From the NCBI GenBank assembly GCA_010015805.1, contig ML978126.1, positions 62,001 to 126,000 on the forward strand: a stretch of 64,000 bases of DNA. The letters are read 5' to 3'. The number at the start of each line of letters is the position of its first letter. The stretch's first letter is position 1. A model generated the notes under the pieces. That model saw only the letters and a list, made by a program, of their open reading frames with translations. It had not been told where the DNA came from and ran no database searches. Below, piece by piece: positions 38,669-50,608 of this stretch. Position numbers and translations under genes: made by a program. The stretch comes from Rhizodiscina lignyota. Its lineage: Eukaryota.

Positions 38669-40204
38669 ATGGCGCAAGTCAACGCCCACCTCAGCAGGTC
38701 TGAGACGCTGTCTCTGCTGTCGCTCTTCCTCGCCTGCTTCGCCATCATAGCAAACACCTTCCAGGGAGATGGCAATCCACTCATTGCTTCGCTGGCCTTT
38801 AGCGGAATCGCATACTGCGCGTCGTATGCCATGATACGATGGTTGGGAAACACCTTCATGAAAGCGGGGCTGAAGGGCAAGGATATGGGCAGGAAGAGCT
38901 TGCCTGAGATGTACGTAGTATCGTACAACAGTACTTCGGTCTTATCTGCTCAATTGGATGCTAATTGGTATTCTATCACAGCCCAGAAACGATGGGCGCC
39001 ATCTGCGCAGTCGTCTATCTCCTCGTCATCATAGTCTTCATCCCATTTCCCTTCTACAAAGACATTGTGGCCGCGACATCGGGAGGTGGAAACAGAGATG
39101 TTATCAGGAAAACCCAGCAAATTGAAACGGGCCGCTTCTTGCAGCGTTTCCCACACAGCAAGCTGGCGTCTTACCTCTCTGCCATCCTCTCCCTCCAGTC
39201 CATCACCATTCTCGGTGTAGGCGATGATCTATTTGATATCCGTTGGCGGCACAAGCTGTTCATACCTGCATTTGCCGCGATACCACTGCTCATTGTATAT
39301 TTCGTGGACTTTGGCGTTACGAGCATCGTCATACCCACCCCAATGCGACCATATCTGGGAGAGCTATTTGATCTGGGTATGCCATGTCTGCCATTGCCAA
39401 AGCAGTTCACTGACAAGCTGTCCAGGCCTAATATATTACCTCTATATGGCTGCCTTCGCCATCTTCACGCCCAACAGCATCAACATCTTTGCCGGTATCA
39501 ACGGCATTGAAGTTTCGCAATCCCTCACCATCGCCCTGCTCATTATGCTCAACGATCTTCTGTACATCCTACCACCATACATATATCCCTCCTCATTTCC
39601 CCAACCACATCCCGCGACCGACTCGCACCTGTTCTCGCTCTACCTTCTCCTCCCTTTCACTGCCGTGTCCATAGCGCTGCTCCAGCACAATTGGTATCCA
39701 GCACGAGTGTTCGTCGGAGACACATACTGCTACTTCGCCGGCATGGTATTCGTAGTCGTCGGGATACTTGGCCACTTTTCGAAGACGCTGTGGCTGCTGC
39801 TCATACCGCAAGTCTTCAACTTTCTGTACTCCGCGCCTCAGCTCTTCCACTTTCTGCCCTGTCCGCGCCACCGCCTTCCAAAGTTTAACGCCCGCACGGG
39901 GCTGAGAGAGCCGTCGACGGTTGAGTTCAAGGTCCCGCTGCATCCGTTAAAAGAGCAGGTGGTAAAGATTGCGGGCAAGGTGGGGCTGGTGAGGGTTACG
40001 GAGGCGAAGGATGAGGAGGGCAGGAGGAGAGTTGTAGAGTGCTCGAATCTGACAATTATTAATTTGTGGCTCGTGTGGTTTGGGCCGATGAGGGAGGATA
40101 CGCTGGCCTGGGGGCTGACGCTTCTGCAGGCCGGCTGTGGGCTGGTTGGGCTGTTCGTGAGACATAGACTTGCGGGTTTGATATTTACGGCTGATAATCT
40201 CTGA
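38669..40204 (+). CDS. ALG7: UDP-GlcNAc:dolichyl-phosphate GlcNAc-1-phosphotransferase, 3 exons
   Basis: PETMGAICA, LGVGDDLFDIRWRHK, NSINIFAGINGIEVSQ, NWYPARVFVGDTYCYFAGM, CPRHRLP. Confidence 0.96.
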
Positions 40205-40291
40205 GTTGGTAACTGTTGCCCTCGACGATCATCCAAATAACATCCATCAAATCCGGGTGGGTGCCTTATTGCTCTTACAGCTGCTGATCTC

Positions 40292-41619
40292 TCAAGGCCT
40301 CCTTTCCAATTCTGGCTCATTTGGTTTGCCAAATCCTGTCCATTGTGTGAAATTCCTTACGAACCTTGAAGCCGCTCGAAGAAAGAAGTCGCCAATCTCT
40401 GGATATACAGCCGAAAATTCCTTCAGTGCTCTTACCGCTCGTGCAGAATGAGGATCGAGCGGGACCGCACCACCGTCATTCGACGGAGCAAGCTTTCTCA
40501 GACCGTTCAAAACATCATCCCATTCCTCGTCCGCTGGCTTCTCGATCACAATATCGTCGATTAGTGCGCAATCAAGGTATGGTCGCTTCTGGCTAAGATA
40601 TGCAAGGAGCATCAACATCCATTGTGACCGCTGAAGCCTGCTCCGCCACTCGCCTTCGAAATAAGGCGTCAGCGATCTTACAGATGCAGCGAATGAAAGT
40701 TGGTGCGCAAGATAGAAATCGAAAGCTGGTGGTCCTGGAGCCCTGGTGCCGGAGAGCAGCAGAGTTGCCAACTCAACAAGTTCCTTTTCCACAGTCGCGG
40801 ACGGTTCGGAGGGGAAGAGCTGGAAGTACTCCAGGAATGCCTGCCTCAAAGAGGCATTGCCGAACAGTTGGAGCCCATTCTGTATTCCTGGAGCAGCAAA
40901 TATGTCGTCAAAACGACTATCCTGTCCGATTTTATCGACTACCTCGAAAACGGAAAATTCCCGTGTGCCATCGTGCGTTGATGGCAGGCTTAGGACATTG
41001 TGCTGCGGGCCCCAGTTCACGGCGGCAATGGCAAGAGCTTCCGAGGCAACAAGTGGATTGTCGAGCTCGAATGCGTCGGCGAGCCAAAGGAAGCCGTGGC
41101 CGTATCCACCGGCCAGGCCATCAATTAGAGGCACCTCCCCGCTGGTCAAACGGGAGAGCACGATTGCTTTCCAATTGCCATTCGAACCTTGGAGCTCCCG
41201 TTCAAAGTACTTCGCAATGGCGTGTTGCTGCCTAAGAGCAGGCAGTTAGCTGGCACTGTGAGGAATTTGTACTGCAGCACCCGAGAGGCGCACTTCTTGT
41301 CTCCCAGGCTTGCGCTTAGTTCGCTTGCACTGACAATGTTATACTTGGGTGTAGGCCAGACTTCTAAGTGTTTAGATTCCTCCTCATGTGTCGTAGAAAG
41401 TTGCACGAGATCGCTGTTAAGCTTCAAAGCATTGAGGAGCGCCTGCATCTTCGTTAGCATACGGCTCTGGTGCTAAACTGTCCAGCTGGAAAGTCTGACA
41501 TGCACAACATGATTATGGACAGACTTCGAAGAGACCAGAGCATAGTCCTGGTGGTTTTCCGCGATGAATTTCTGCACCAGCAACTCCGGGGAAGACAAGA
41601 TCTCTGCTGTGGCATTCAT
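40292..41619 (-). CDS. questin oxidase-like (HypA/AflY, DUF4243) protein, 3 exons
   Basis: HNHVVH in exon 1, GYGH...AFELDNPLVASEALA, FDFYLAHQLS, AYLSQKRP, H..RAVRAL motifs; spliced frame is intact. Confidence 0.8.
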
Positions 41620-42350
41620 CTTGCGTGGAACAGGTCAAAGAGTTAGGTGGTCTCAAAGCAACGGCGGAGAAATTCCTGGAATACTGCTAAAAGATGCCAT
41701 TTTGTACAGTTCCGAATTATCAGTTCATGATCGAGGGCTAGATCTAGTCTACCGTGTTTCACCCTGTCAAATGTAGAAGCGAATGGGACTAAAACGAGCC
41801 CGACCATGGTGTTAATGCATGAACCCCCATTTATCAAGAGCTGAATAAGGCGAATTACTCGGCCGATACGATATGTGAGCCGATGGAGTGCGACAATTCG
41901 CCAGAAACGCCTAAATGATAACAAGCATATGTTCCAACGCCGGAAGACGGTCGCTTTCTCTAACTCGAATAAGTTAGGCTGAGGATCGGGGAGGATATGA
42001 AAAGATTTAGTTTCCTTTTGAGTTTGTTACACAAAGCACCACAACAGCTTCTATAGCTATTCATGGACTACCTCTGTCGCCGACGACAGAGGCGTATGCC
42101 CCTGCATATTCTTCATTAGCGAATGCAAATGATTGATGTGTAAAGCCGCGATCTCCATGCCGACGGCGTCACTCTCACACGTCTCGCAGTGGCTCCGACC
42201 TCGAAATGCTCTAAGACAACACGGCAAAGCAAGAATACTGCACTATTTCCGTACAGATATCTAACTATTTAAGGCGAAGGCAACACCGGTTTGTTATAAT
42301 TGAAGGTAGCTAATTAGTACGCGCTATAGCATGCTAGCAGTTGCGGTGCA

Positions 42351-43596
42351 TCATTCTGAACTCCACACCACTGCCACCGGCCCCTTCTTGGTTGTCTTAT
42401 CGAAGTCACCGAGACTAATCTCGCCTACCAGATCGCCAATCAATCCCGTATCAGTGTCTCGTCTCATGATCATGATTGTGTTTGAGACCTGATTGGCAAC
42501 AGCAAGGTAACGATTGCCCGGGTCAGGAGAGAGCGAAAAGTGCCTCGGAATCTTGCCATGTGTCTCACTCTGGCCCAAATACTCGAGGTGTTGCGACTCG
42601 CTCTCAGGGTGAACGGAGTAAATGGCAATAGTATCACTTGCAGCGCTTTTCGTGTCGCGATTCGACGCGTAGAAATGCCTCCCATCGTTCGATATCGCAA
42701 CTTCTGCCGCTAGGTGCACACGAGCTGGCGGCGTGCGGTTACTGCCTGGGCCGAGGGTCGATGCTGTTTGCAGAAGCTTGACTTCAATTTTGTCCGATGG
42801 CGGATTGCTGGAGCATTCAGGCGCATTTTCAACGCCATCCAAGGCAAACACGCGCACGGTATTGTCGTTTTCGCTCACGAGATACGCGAACGTCCTGGTG
42901 GGACTGAATGCTCTGAACGTTACGTGACGGCAACCGGTTCCATGTGGGAGTTTTACAACGTGAACTTGGGTCACATTGTTTGGTCCTGCTACTCGGTAGA
43001 CGCGGAGCAGGTCTGCGCTTCGGTCTGGGACAAGCATCCATTTGCCCGACGGGTCGAAGGCGGCTTGATGAGGATTGTGTTGGACTTCAGAGTCGTGGTT
43101 GTAGTTGAAGACGTAAGTTGCTTCTCCAATCTGTCCCTTTTCTGAAAGAGGGTGAATGGAGACAGTGCCACCGTTGCTGTGGAAAAGGGAGCTCGTCAGC
43201 TGAACCTGAAAGCAATTCTAGAATTTCCCACTCGTACATATTTGCGGCACTTATGGTCTGGCCGTTGTTGCCTATTCCACAGTATACCCCTCCTAGCCCG
43301 TTGGAGCTGGTGTTGCTAACGAAGATTAAGTTGCCATCATGGATCGGAGGACCAGTCTCCTTGCTCAGTTCAGCCTTCTCGAATGCAAATATGCCAGCGG
43401 AAGTGGAGCTCTCATCCGGGAATTGAGTTCTTGACATGGAATAGACATAATCGCCGTGAAGGGTGAGCCATTGTGGCAGGTAGCCTGCTTGAACGGTGTT
43501 TTCGATCTGTATGCTGCTGGAGGGTGGCTTGCATGGGTCAAAGGTGAGTGTAATAATGCCCCGACTTTGGTGTGCAACGTAAAGAGTGTGCATCAT
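42351..43596 (-). CDS. 7-bladed beta-propeller lactonase (6-phosphogluconolactonase / carboxymuconate cyclase family), 2 exons
   Basis: AAN.NGGTVS, NPHQAAFDPSGKWMLVPD, GTGCRH, YLVSE, FYASNR, GKIPRHFSL, YLAVANQ. Confidence 0.88.
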
Positions 43597-44229
43597 CCTC
43601 AATAAATTCCCTGCACCGAGCATAGCTCGTAACTGTGCAACTGTTTTGATAGGAAGACATTTGTGCTGTGCGGAAGGAGCCTTTTATTTCTAAGAGATGG
43701 GTAGGATATGGTACTTAGACTCTGCACGCCATCCGACAGCATTAAGGCCATTTTTGTCTCAACTAGTGTAGCCAGTGGCCCATGTACGATGAGGCTGTGA
43801 TGGAATGGCGCGTCCAGCTCATTGCGTTTACGCTATGGAGTTTGACAAGACTCCGTTTTCGCAATGCACGTCGGTGGCGGCGTCCAATCATCGGGAAGCC
43901 GAGCCCTCGACTGACCCCTTTTCCCGTTCCCTTTCCTCACTCTACGTATGCTCAATACGCTCCATCCAGTTGAAACAAAGGCCGATCAGACCGAGCCAAG
44001 CTGGAATCGCCCCGGATTATGCACCCCGCACTCTCTCGCAAGCCTTGCCAATGAAGGGGAGCTTACCGTCGCCACGGCGACCAACGAAGTCGACGCCTTC
44101 TGCCTTGTGGCACACCTGAATTGGAGTTCCGAGGCTCTTATCAGGTATTTGATGGCGATGGCGAACCTCATGCCGTTCATCGCAATCCACAAGATGACCA
44201 TATGATCGCGTTTTCTGCTCACCGCAAAT

Positions 44230-45834
44230 ATGCGTCCGAAAGCTTGTACTCAATGCCGACAGCGCAAGGTTGGATGCGACGCCGATACGGCGCCTCTCAA
44301 CCGCTGCTCCACTTGCCGGAGCCTTGAGATGGAATGCGTTTTCGATGGCGGCTTCCGGCGTGTCTCCAACAAGAGAAAGATGACCGAGCTGCAAAAAGAA
44401 GTGGAGGAGCTCAGAGCTACGATGCATCTCGGCCAAGCAGCGCCTTCTCGCGATGCTCCACCTCAGTCCCGCGCAGCACAGCATCCACCAGGGGCCAAAA
44501 AGCCGGCAGAGTCTCCCGACATTGGTACCTGTCTGATCGACAGGACCATTGGCGAAGTATGCTTGACAGCTGCACAGACTATGGAGCTGTTTCGCGTTTA
44601 CTTCGCAAGATGCCACCCTTACCTGCCTCTGGTCTTGCACTCGTCTATTGAACTACTATACGCTCGGAGCACGCTGCTTTTCTGGACAATCTGCTTCATA
44701 GCGGCCCCGAACAATCTTCGCAATCAACTCGAGGCGCCTCTCAAGGCCATGGTCACCTCTGCGCTTGATCCGACCATGAGCACTGTAGAACTCGTACAAG
44801 CTTTACTTATCCTTTCAATGTGGCCTCTCCCCTTCACCTCTCAACGAGATGACGCGTCGTTTCTCTACAGCGGTCTTGCCACGCAAATCGGATTACAGAT
44901 TGGCTTACACCGGCCAAGCATGAGCGACGATTTCTCTCCTAGTGCGAGCAGCGGGTCTGAAGATCAAGAGATGAGAACAGTCACCTGGCTTGCCTGCTAC
45001 GTGGTTGGTCAGATGCAGGCCAGTCGACGGGGCGTGCCTGCATCAATATTGGTCGACTACACTTTACTCACGTCTTGTGAGAAGGACGCTGTGCCTCCAG
45101 TGCTATCTCAACTCTGCTACATTTCCAGATTAACAGTGCAAGCTGCGAATACCATTGGTGCCAGCGCACACAATCTGACTGGCCTGATGGAGCCGAACAC
45201 GCGTATCGGAATGGTCAAGCTCTTTTCCTCTCAATTTGAATCATTGCGCCGAGAGCGGTTTTCGCGGCCTACGGATGTTGTCGAAATGGCTTTTCTCAGT
45301 TCAAGACTTCAGATACTAGCATTCGCTTTGGATGACGACATTCCTCGCTCAATCGAGCTCATTGATACTGTTGAGCAAGCCAAACAAGACGCTATCCGAT
45401 TCATTCAGATAGCATGCGAGAAGAATCTGGGTCTTGTACCCTTCTACATCTGTCGGTCTGTTTGCTATAGTGTCCTGGTACTGCTCAGGATCTTGAAGAC
45501 GCCATTTGCGAATCAACGGGAACTCATCAAAGACTCCATTGAGCGTGCACGCACAGCTCTTGGCAGCTCAGTACAGACAGAGAAGGACATAAATCACCGC
45601 ATCTGCCTCATGCTGCAAGCGGTGATATCTCTTGAAGAAAAGAGTGGTCCGAGGATGACTACGTCAATCCGTTCTCGCATGACTGCATCATTAACATGCA
45701 ACTCGGTCCGCACATACGCGGAGATGATCTATCAGCCGGATCTGGACTTGGATTTAGCGAGCTTTGCAGACCTTGATGCATTCAATTGGGACGGTCTGCT
45801 ACCAAATTTCACCTCTGAAACGTTTGTGGGCTAG
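44230..45834 (+). CDS. Zn(II)2Cys6 transcription factor, single exon, 534 aa
   Basis: ACTQCRQRKVGCD...CSTCRSLEMEC then coiled coil; YFARCHPYLP, LLFWTI, VQALLILSMWP, GLQIGLHRP. Confidence 0.9.
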   Translation: MRPKACTQCRQRKVGCDADTAPLNRCSTCRSLEMECVFDGGFRRVSNKRKMTELQKEVEELRATMHLGQAAPSRDAPPQSRAAQHPPGAKKPAESPDIGTCLIDRTIGEVCLTAAQTMELFRVYFARCHPYLPLVLHSSIELLYARSTLLFWTICFIAAPNNLRNQLEAPLKAMVTSALDPTMSTVELVQALLILSMWPLPFTSQRDDASFLYSGLATQIGLQIGLHRPSMSDDFSPSASSGSEDQEMRTVTWLACYVVGQMQASRRGVPASILVDYTLLTSCEKDAVPPVLSQLCYISRLTVQAANTIGASAHNLTGLMEPNTRIGMVKLFSSQFESLRRERFSRPTDVVEMAFLSSRLQILAFALDDDIPRSIELIDTVEQAKQDAIRFIQIACEKNLGLVPFYICRSVCYSVLVLLRILKTPFANQRELIKDSIERARTALGSSVQTEKDINHRICLMLQAVISLEEKSGPRMTTSIRSRMTASLTCNSVRTYAEMIYQPDLDLDLASFADLDAFNWDGLLPNFTSETFVG

Positions 45835-46267
45835 AAATTGCCTCTTGAACCGTATTCAATTGGAGATATGAGCTCTTCACGCTTACCTGCTTATTTTACG
45901 GCATTGTCTCAAAATATCGGCTCTGCAGCAGTTGGCATCCTGATTCGCTCAAGCTCTCAAACCTCCAGCTGAAGCTCCGCCATTTCTGCTCTCGAATGCA
46001 CTCTCGGCACACTGCGCGCTTTGAAGCTCCGATCGTATTTCAGCATTGGCATTGCGGTCTTGGCATTGCGAAAACGGAGTGTTGAGAAGGCTCATGGATC
46101 AACAAAAAGTCTGTGGAGCCTTCTGTGTCTGGTGCACATATGCTCCCCGGAGCCAGCTTGATTAGAAGAGTTCCATGACTCGCTCCTATTCTTCATCTCA
46201 TTCTGTTGGTAAACTCTTTGGAATTTCCGGTAAACAGAATCAACTCCTCATGAATCGTTCAGAAAAT

Positions 46268-47794
46268 ATGGCCAAAGTCGCAGTCGAAGCCAATGCAATC
46301 GAGCCGGTGCATATTGAGGATGTCGCTCATTCAGAGTCCCTCAAAGCGACCCTGGACGTGGATCCACTGGCCTTGAAGCGGCCAATTCCCTTTGAGGAGC
46401 TCTCTCCCCAAGACAAGAAAATTATGCGTCGAGTGAGATGGAAAGTGGATTTTTTTATTCTTCCCATGCTCTCTATCATATTCTTCCTCGCGGCCATGGA
46501 TCGTACGGACATCGGCAATGTTCAGGTAGCCGGAATGGAGAAACACATCCATGCAACACCCAAGCAATGGGCAGACGTCGTCTCCCTATTCTACATCGGC
46601 TACGTTCTATGTCAGCCGATCGGTGTGCTCCTTCTGCGGCCACTCACACCCCCGGTCACCATTGGCTTTGGGATCTTATTTTGGGGCGCTCTCACGATGG
46701 TGCTCGTAACGGCGGAAAACTGGTCCCAGGCAGTAGCTATTCGTGTGTTCATTGGTGCTGGCGAATCATTCATACATGCGGCTTCGCTCTATATATCACT
46801 ATGGTACGGTCCGACAGAGTTGGCCTCGAGGGCAGCTATCTATTTCAGCACCTCCACCCTGGCCGGCGCTTTCAATGGTCTGATTGCATATGGCGTAGTC
46901 AAAAATATCGGCAATAAGCATCCATTCCAAGGCTGGCAGTGGGTACTATTCATCGAAGGCTTAGTCTCGGTTGGCTTCAGCTTGATCGTGTTCGTCTTGC
47001 TTCCTCCTGTGCCGGAGAAGGCAGGCCGTCTCCATTTCACAGACGACGAGAGGAGATTATGCGTCGTCCGCACGTGGCAAGCCAACAACACTCCAAATGC
47101 CAAGTTCAAGTGGAGTGAAATCCCCTTTTCTATCAAGGATCCCTCACTCTATACATACACCATCATGTTCTCCTGCAACCAGATCGCTCTCTCATCGCTC
47201 TCCAGCTTCCTCCCGGCAACAATCAAAAGTCTGGGATACAGCAGCGTCGACGCCCAGCTCATGAGCGTCCCGGTGTACGCGTGTGCGTTCGTGACAACCA
47301 TTGGATTTGGCTTCGCATCCGACCGCTGGCGGCGCCGCGGCTACTGGGTTGCTTTTTCCTCCTCGATCTCCTTGCTTGGCTATGTGCTCGTCATTGCCAA
47401 TACGCACAGAACCCGCTTGCGCTACGCCGGACTGTGCATCGCCGCTGCGGGCCAGTTCCCTTGCACGGCGCTGATTCTAAGCTGGAACGCTTTCAACACG
47501 CGCGCGTACACACATCGTGTCACAGCTGGAACCATCATCCCCACCGTGGCACAGGCGGCAGCCCTGGGTGGTCTTCAAGCATTCGACACGCCGCCATATT
47601 ATATCAAGGGCGACATTGTCGTTTTAGCAATGGTTGCGCTCATGATACCCGTGGCTTTGGTCACGTCGTGGCACTTTGCGAGGCAGAATAGGAAGAAGGA
47701 GGAAATGGCGGACAGCGTGCGCAGTCAGGAAGAGCGGCAGAAGAGTCTGGAGGAGCTGGGAAGCAAGCACCCCGACTTTAGGTATACCGCCTGA
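46268..47794 (+). CDS. MFS transporter, anion:cation symporter family (Tna1/Dal5-like), single exon
   Basis: RWKVDFFILP, MDRTDIGN, WY...ELASR, LAGAFNGLIAYG, GWQWVLFIEG, SDRWRRRG, HPDFRY; alternative starts 46175/46250. Confidence 0.92.
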   Translation: MAKVAVEANAIEPVHIEDVAHSESLKATLDVDPLALKRPIPFEELSPQDKKIMRRVRWKVDFFILPMLSIIFFLAAMDRTDIGNVQVAGMEKHIHATPKQWADVVSLFYIGYVLCQPIGVLLLRPLTPPVTIGFGILFWGALTMVLVTAENWSQAVAIRVFIGAGESFIHAASLYISLWYGPTELASRAAIYFSTSTLAGAFNGLIAYGVVKNIGNKHPFQGWQWVLFIEGLVSVGFSLIVFVLLPPVPEKAGRLHFTDDERRLCVVRTWQANNTPNAKFKWSEIPFSIKDPSLYTYTIMFSCNQIALSSLSSFLPATIKSLGYSSVDAQLMSVPVYACAFVTTIGFGFASDRWRRRGYWVAFSSSISLLGYVLVIANTHRTRLRYAGLCIAAAGQFPCTALILSWNAFNTRAYTHRVTAGTIIPTVAQAAALGGLQAFDTPPYYIKGDIVVLAMVALMIPVALVTSWHFARQNRKKEEMADSVRSQEERQKSLEELGSKHPDFRYTA

Positions 47795-48198
47795 TGCATG
47801 ATAAATGCTGGAATATTGGAAACTGGTGATGTCGTAAACTACGCATCGTGGTCTTGCAAGTTGCAGGAATCAGGCCTTACGGTGACACACTTTTTTTGAA
47901 CCCACTCACAGTGGAAGTTTGCTGTCGCCAATGGCTTCGGGTCATTCTACAGGTACTGGGACTAAATCGAAAATCTAATATAGTAGGATTAAAAGCGCAT
48001 ACTTGAATTTTTGAGTCAAGATTGTTTCATCCGTCCAACTCACTTTCCCACATAACTAGGACTAAAAGTAATTCGTAGAAGGTGATTTATGCCTCACAAT
48101 ATTCGCAGCGTACGGAGTATAGCACACACAGCAATATCGAGAACTGGTTCAATTTGGCAATTTAACTAAGGGGCCAGCTGCTTCTGCAACACTTTGCA

Positions 48199-50055
48199 CT
48201 AGACACGAATATTAAAGAGGGGCGCATACTGCTGACTAGCATGCAAATCGCGATCCGCAAAGCTGCCCGCAATTCCATCCCTCGGAATCGTGCACTTGTA
48301 CGCCTTTGCCTGCTTGAAGAACTGGCACGCAACGATGCGCTCGGGCTGCACCTTGTAAAGCGCGGCCATCTTCTCCCTGCTCAGTTCGCCGGACGCTTTC
48401 GCACGCTCGAAGCACGCCAGGTTGTAGAAGATGATATCGAAACAGATCTCGTACGGCCCGGCGTTCTTGGAGCGGAGAACCTCGGCGAGGGCCGGAAGAG
48501 CGACTTTGCCATCGTCGAGAACGCCGTCGCCCTGCGAGAGGAGTGATTCGAGCTCTTTGGAGCGGACCGACTGCTGCTCTGCAGCTGCCCCATTAACAGC
48601 ACCATTGGGCTTGGCGAGGAAGTGGTATCCCGTACCCGGGGGGTCAAAGCCAAATGTCGGATCGCGGTCGACTAGTGTGGTGACACTTTTACCAATATCG
48701 ACAACGAAGAAAGGGAAGTTTGCTGTAGGATCGCTAACTTCCATGAGATGGTAGACGCAGAATTGACACACGTTGCCAAGGCTGATTTCTAGCGGCGTTA
48801 ACGGCATTGCGAAATTGCCTCCTGTTCCCTTTTGGCCAGGATACGGAACGTGTACACAGGCGACTCGGCCCATCGAGGCTACATTGTCGGCCAGCTCCTT
48901 CGTCTTGGCCATGACTTCGCCAATAAGGAAGATCTCTTTGGCGATGCTGCTGTCAGGCTCATACGACCCCATGGTTCCGTCTCTGCCATAGACGCGGAAG
49001 TTTAGTTGGTAATCATCGTTTGCGAAGAGCATCCTCAGTCTGCCTCGAACACGTTGCTCGAGGAACGAGTCAATCTGTCCGATAAGGATAGGGTCGCGAA
49101 AGCTGCCCAGCCAGATGGACCGGTAGCCCGTCACCTTTGCACCTTCGAGCTTGATCGTGTACGGATTTGCAATATCGAACTTGGCTCCGCCGGCGGTGCA
49201 GGAGCGATCAGGGTGCCCTTCGTACCATGAGCTGCAGAGGTCGAGAGTGCCTCCAGGCCCTGGATGCCTATCGGCATGCGAGTTCTCGTAAAGACTATGC
49301 GCAGCCAGAGACTCCGGTGTGCACACAGACCTCGGATCCAGAGGCAAGACATTGAACTTGTCGTCCCAGACTGTGGTGAATGCCGATTTGGACTTTGGGT
49401 TCGAGCAAAACGCACCGCATTCAAGTACCTTGCCCATGTTGAAAGCGTTCCCCAAATTTTCCACTCCGTTATCGAGACAGTACGCGACGAAAGGCGAGGG
49501 GTCATAAGACCTGCCAGCAATGATGACGTCGTAGTCCGGATGCTCTTTCATCGCTTTGAGAAACGGTTCAGCACCCATTTGCGCGACAATGCGAGACGCA
49601 TCATCGACGTCCTGGTGAGTGAGCTCGGGTACTGCTCCGCATGGTGAAATATTTCCTGTGTCCAAGGACTTGTGCACCTGTTGTTTGTCGATCGAGCCGT
49701 AAATTTTGACGAGCTTGAGCTTGTACCCTTTTTTGGAGCAATGCTCCTCGATGATGTCGACAAAGTCGTCGACATGGTGGTCAGCGCCATCTCCTCCCGC
49801 GGAGCTGATTAGGAGTTTGACCTTATGATGGTAGACCGCATCCACCATGGGCTCAATATCTTTGACATAGGACATGCGCGGCACCGTAGATGACCCAAGT
49901 GCTAGCTTTTGTGGCCCGCTGTCGGTGGATCCCGCGTCGCAGATGATGGCTGTGGCTCCCATTTCGATGGCCTGAGCGAGCGCCTTTGGTTCATAGCCAT
50001 AGCCAACACTGCCAATTGGCGTGACGATCTTGAGAGGATTTGAGCCAACCGCCAT
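48199..50055 (-). CDS. AtuA (DUF1446)-like domain fused to C-terminal DUF4387, single exon, 618 aa
   Basis: GSVGYG, DAGSTDSGPQKLALG, SSAGGDG, VAQMGAEPF, IIAGRSYDPSPF, MGKVLECG, AHSLYE; C-terminal LAEVLRSKNAGPYEICFDIIF...DRDLHASQQYAPL. Confidence 0.85.
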   Translation of the reverse strand: MAVGSNPLKIVTPIGSVGYGYEPKALAQAIEMGATAIICDAGSTDSGPQKLALGSSTVPRMSYVKDIEPMVDAVYHHKVKLLISSAGGDGADHHVDDFVDIIEEHCSKKGYKLKLVKIYGSIDKQQVHKSLDTGNISPCGAVPELTHQDVDDASRIVAQMGAEPFLKAMKEHPDYDVIIAGRSYDPSPFVAYCLDNGVENLGNAFNMGKVLECGAFCSNPKSKSAFTTVWDDKFNVLPLDPRSVCTPESLAAHSLYENSHADRHPGPGGTLDLCSSWYEGHPDRSCTAGGAKFDIANPYTIKLEGAKVTGYRSIWLGSFRDPILIGQIDSFLEQRVRGRLRMLFANDDYQLNFRVYGRDGTMGSYEPDSSIAKEIFLIGEVMAKTKELADNVASMGRVACVHVPYPGQKGTGGNFAMPLTPLEISLGNVCQFCVYHLMEVSDPTANFPFFVVDIGKSVTTLVDRDPTFGFDPPGTGYHFLAKPNGAVNGAAAEQQSVRSKELESLLSQGDGVLDDGKVALPALAEVLRSKNAGPYEICFDIIFYNLACFERAKASGELSREKMAALYKVQPERIVACQFFKQAKAYKCTIPRDGIAGSFADRDLHASQQYAPLFNIRV

Positions 50056-50608
50056 CGTGTAGAACGAAACTGGTGTCGACAGTTGCTGGTCTGAGCCTTA
50101 AGCTACTGCTGAATTCGATATCAACTCGCTTTCTCTGTTGAATGCAATCCCGCCTATTTATTAAGGTATAGATATGTGATTTGTGGCCGCAATGGCAGAC
50201 CATAATGCTGCCGGCATCCTCTTCCAGCCGATACCGGCAATGAAGCCGCAATATTGAGACATTGCGCAGCCGCGATCATAGGTTTACGCTATGGAAAACG
50301 CGATATTCGTAGTTAATGTAGAGCACGATTGCGGGATCGGCATGCTGAGCGAATTCGCAGTAACCTGTGCGAGTAAACAGCCTTGAGCCTCGGAGTTCAG
50401 ATGAAAACATGGGGTAAATGCGAGCATCATGTGCGACAGAGAAGAAGCTGAGTCCAAGCCGAAATCGATCTGGGAGAAACTTTGCGTGCAGAGACATGAT
50501 ATACCTATAATGGCGCTGTTCTAGTTCATCTACTTGAGAAGCGCGGTATCAGCTGGTGAAGAGAAGACATACGCCTCCTTTAGCCGCCTCTGATTCGGCT
50601 CTCGGGCA

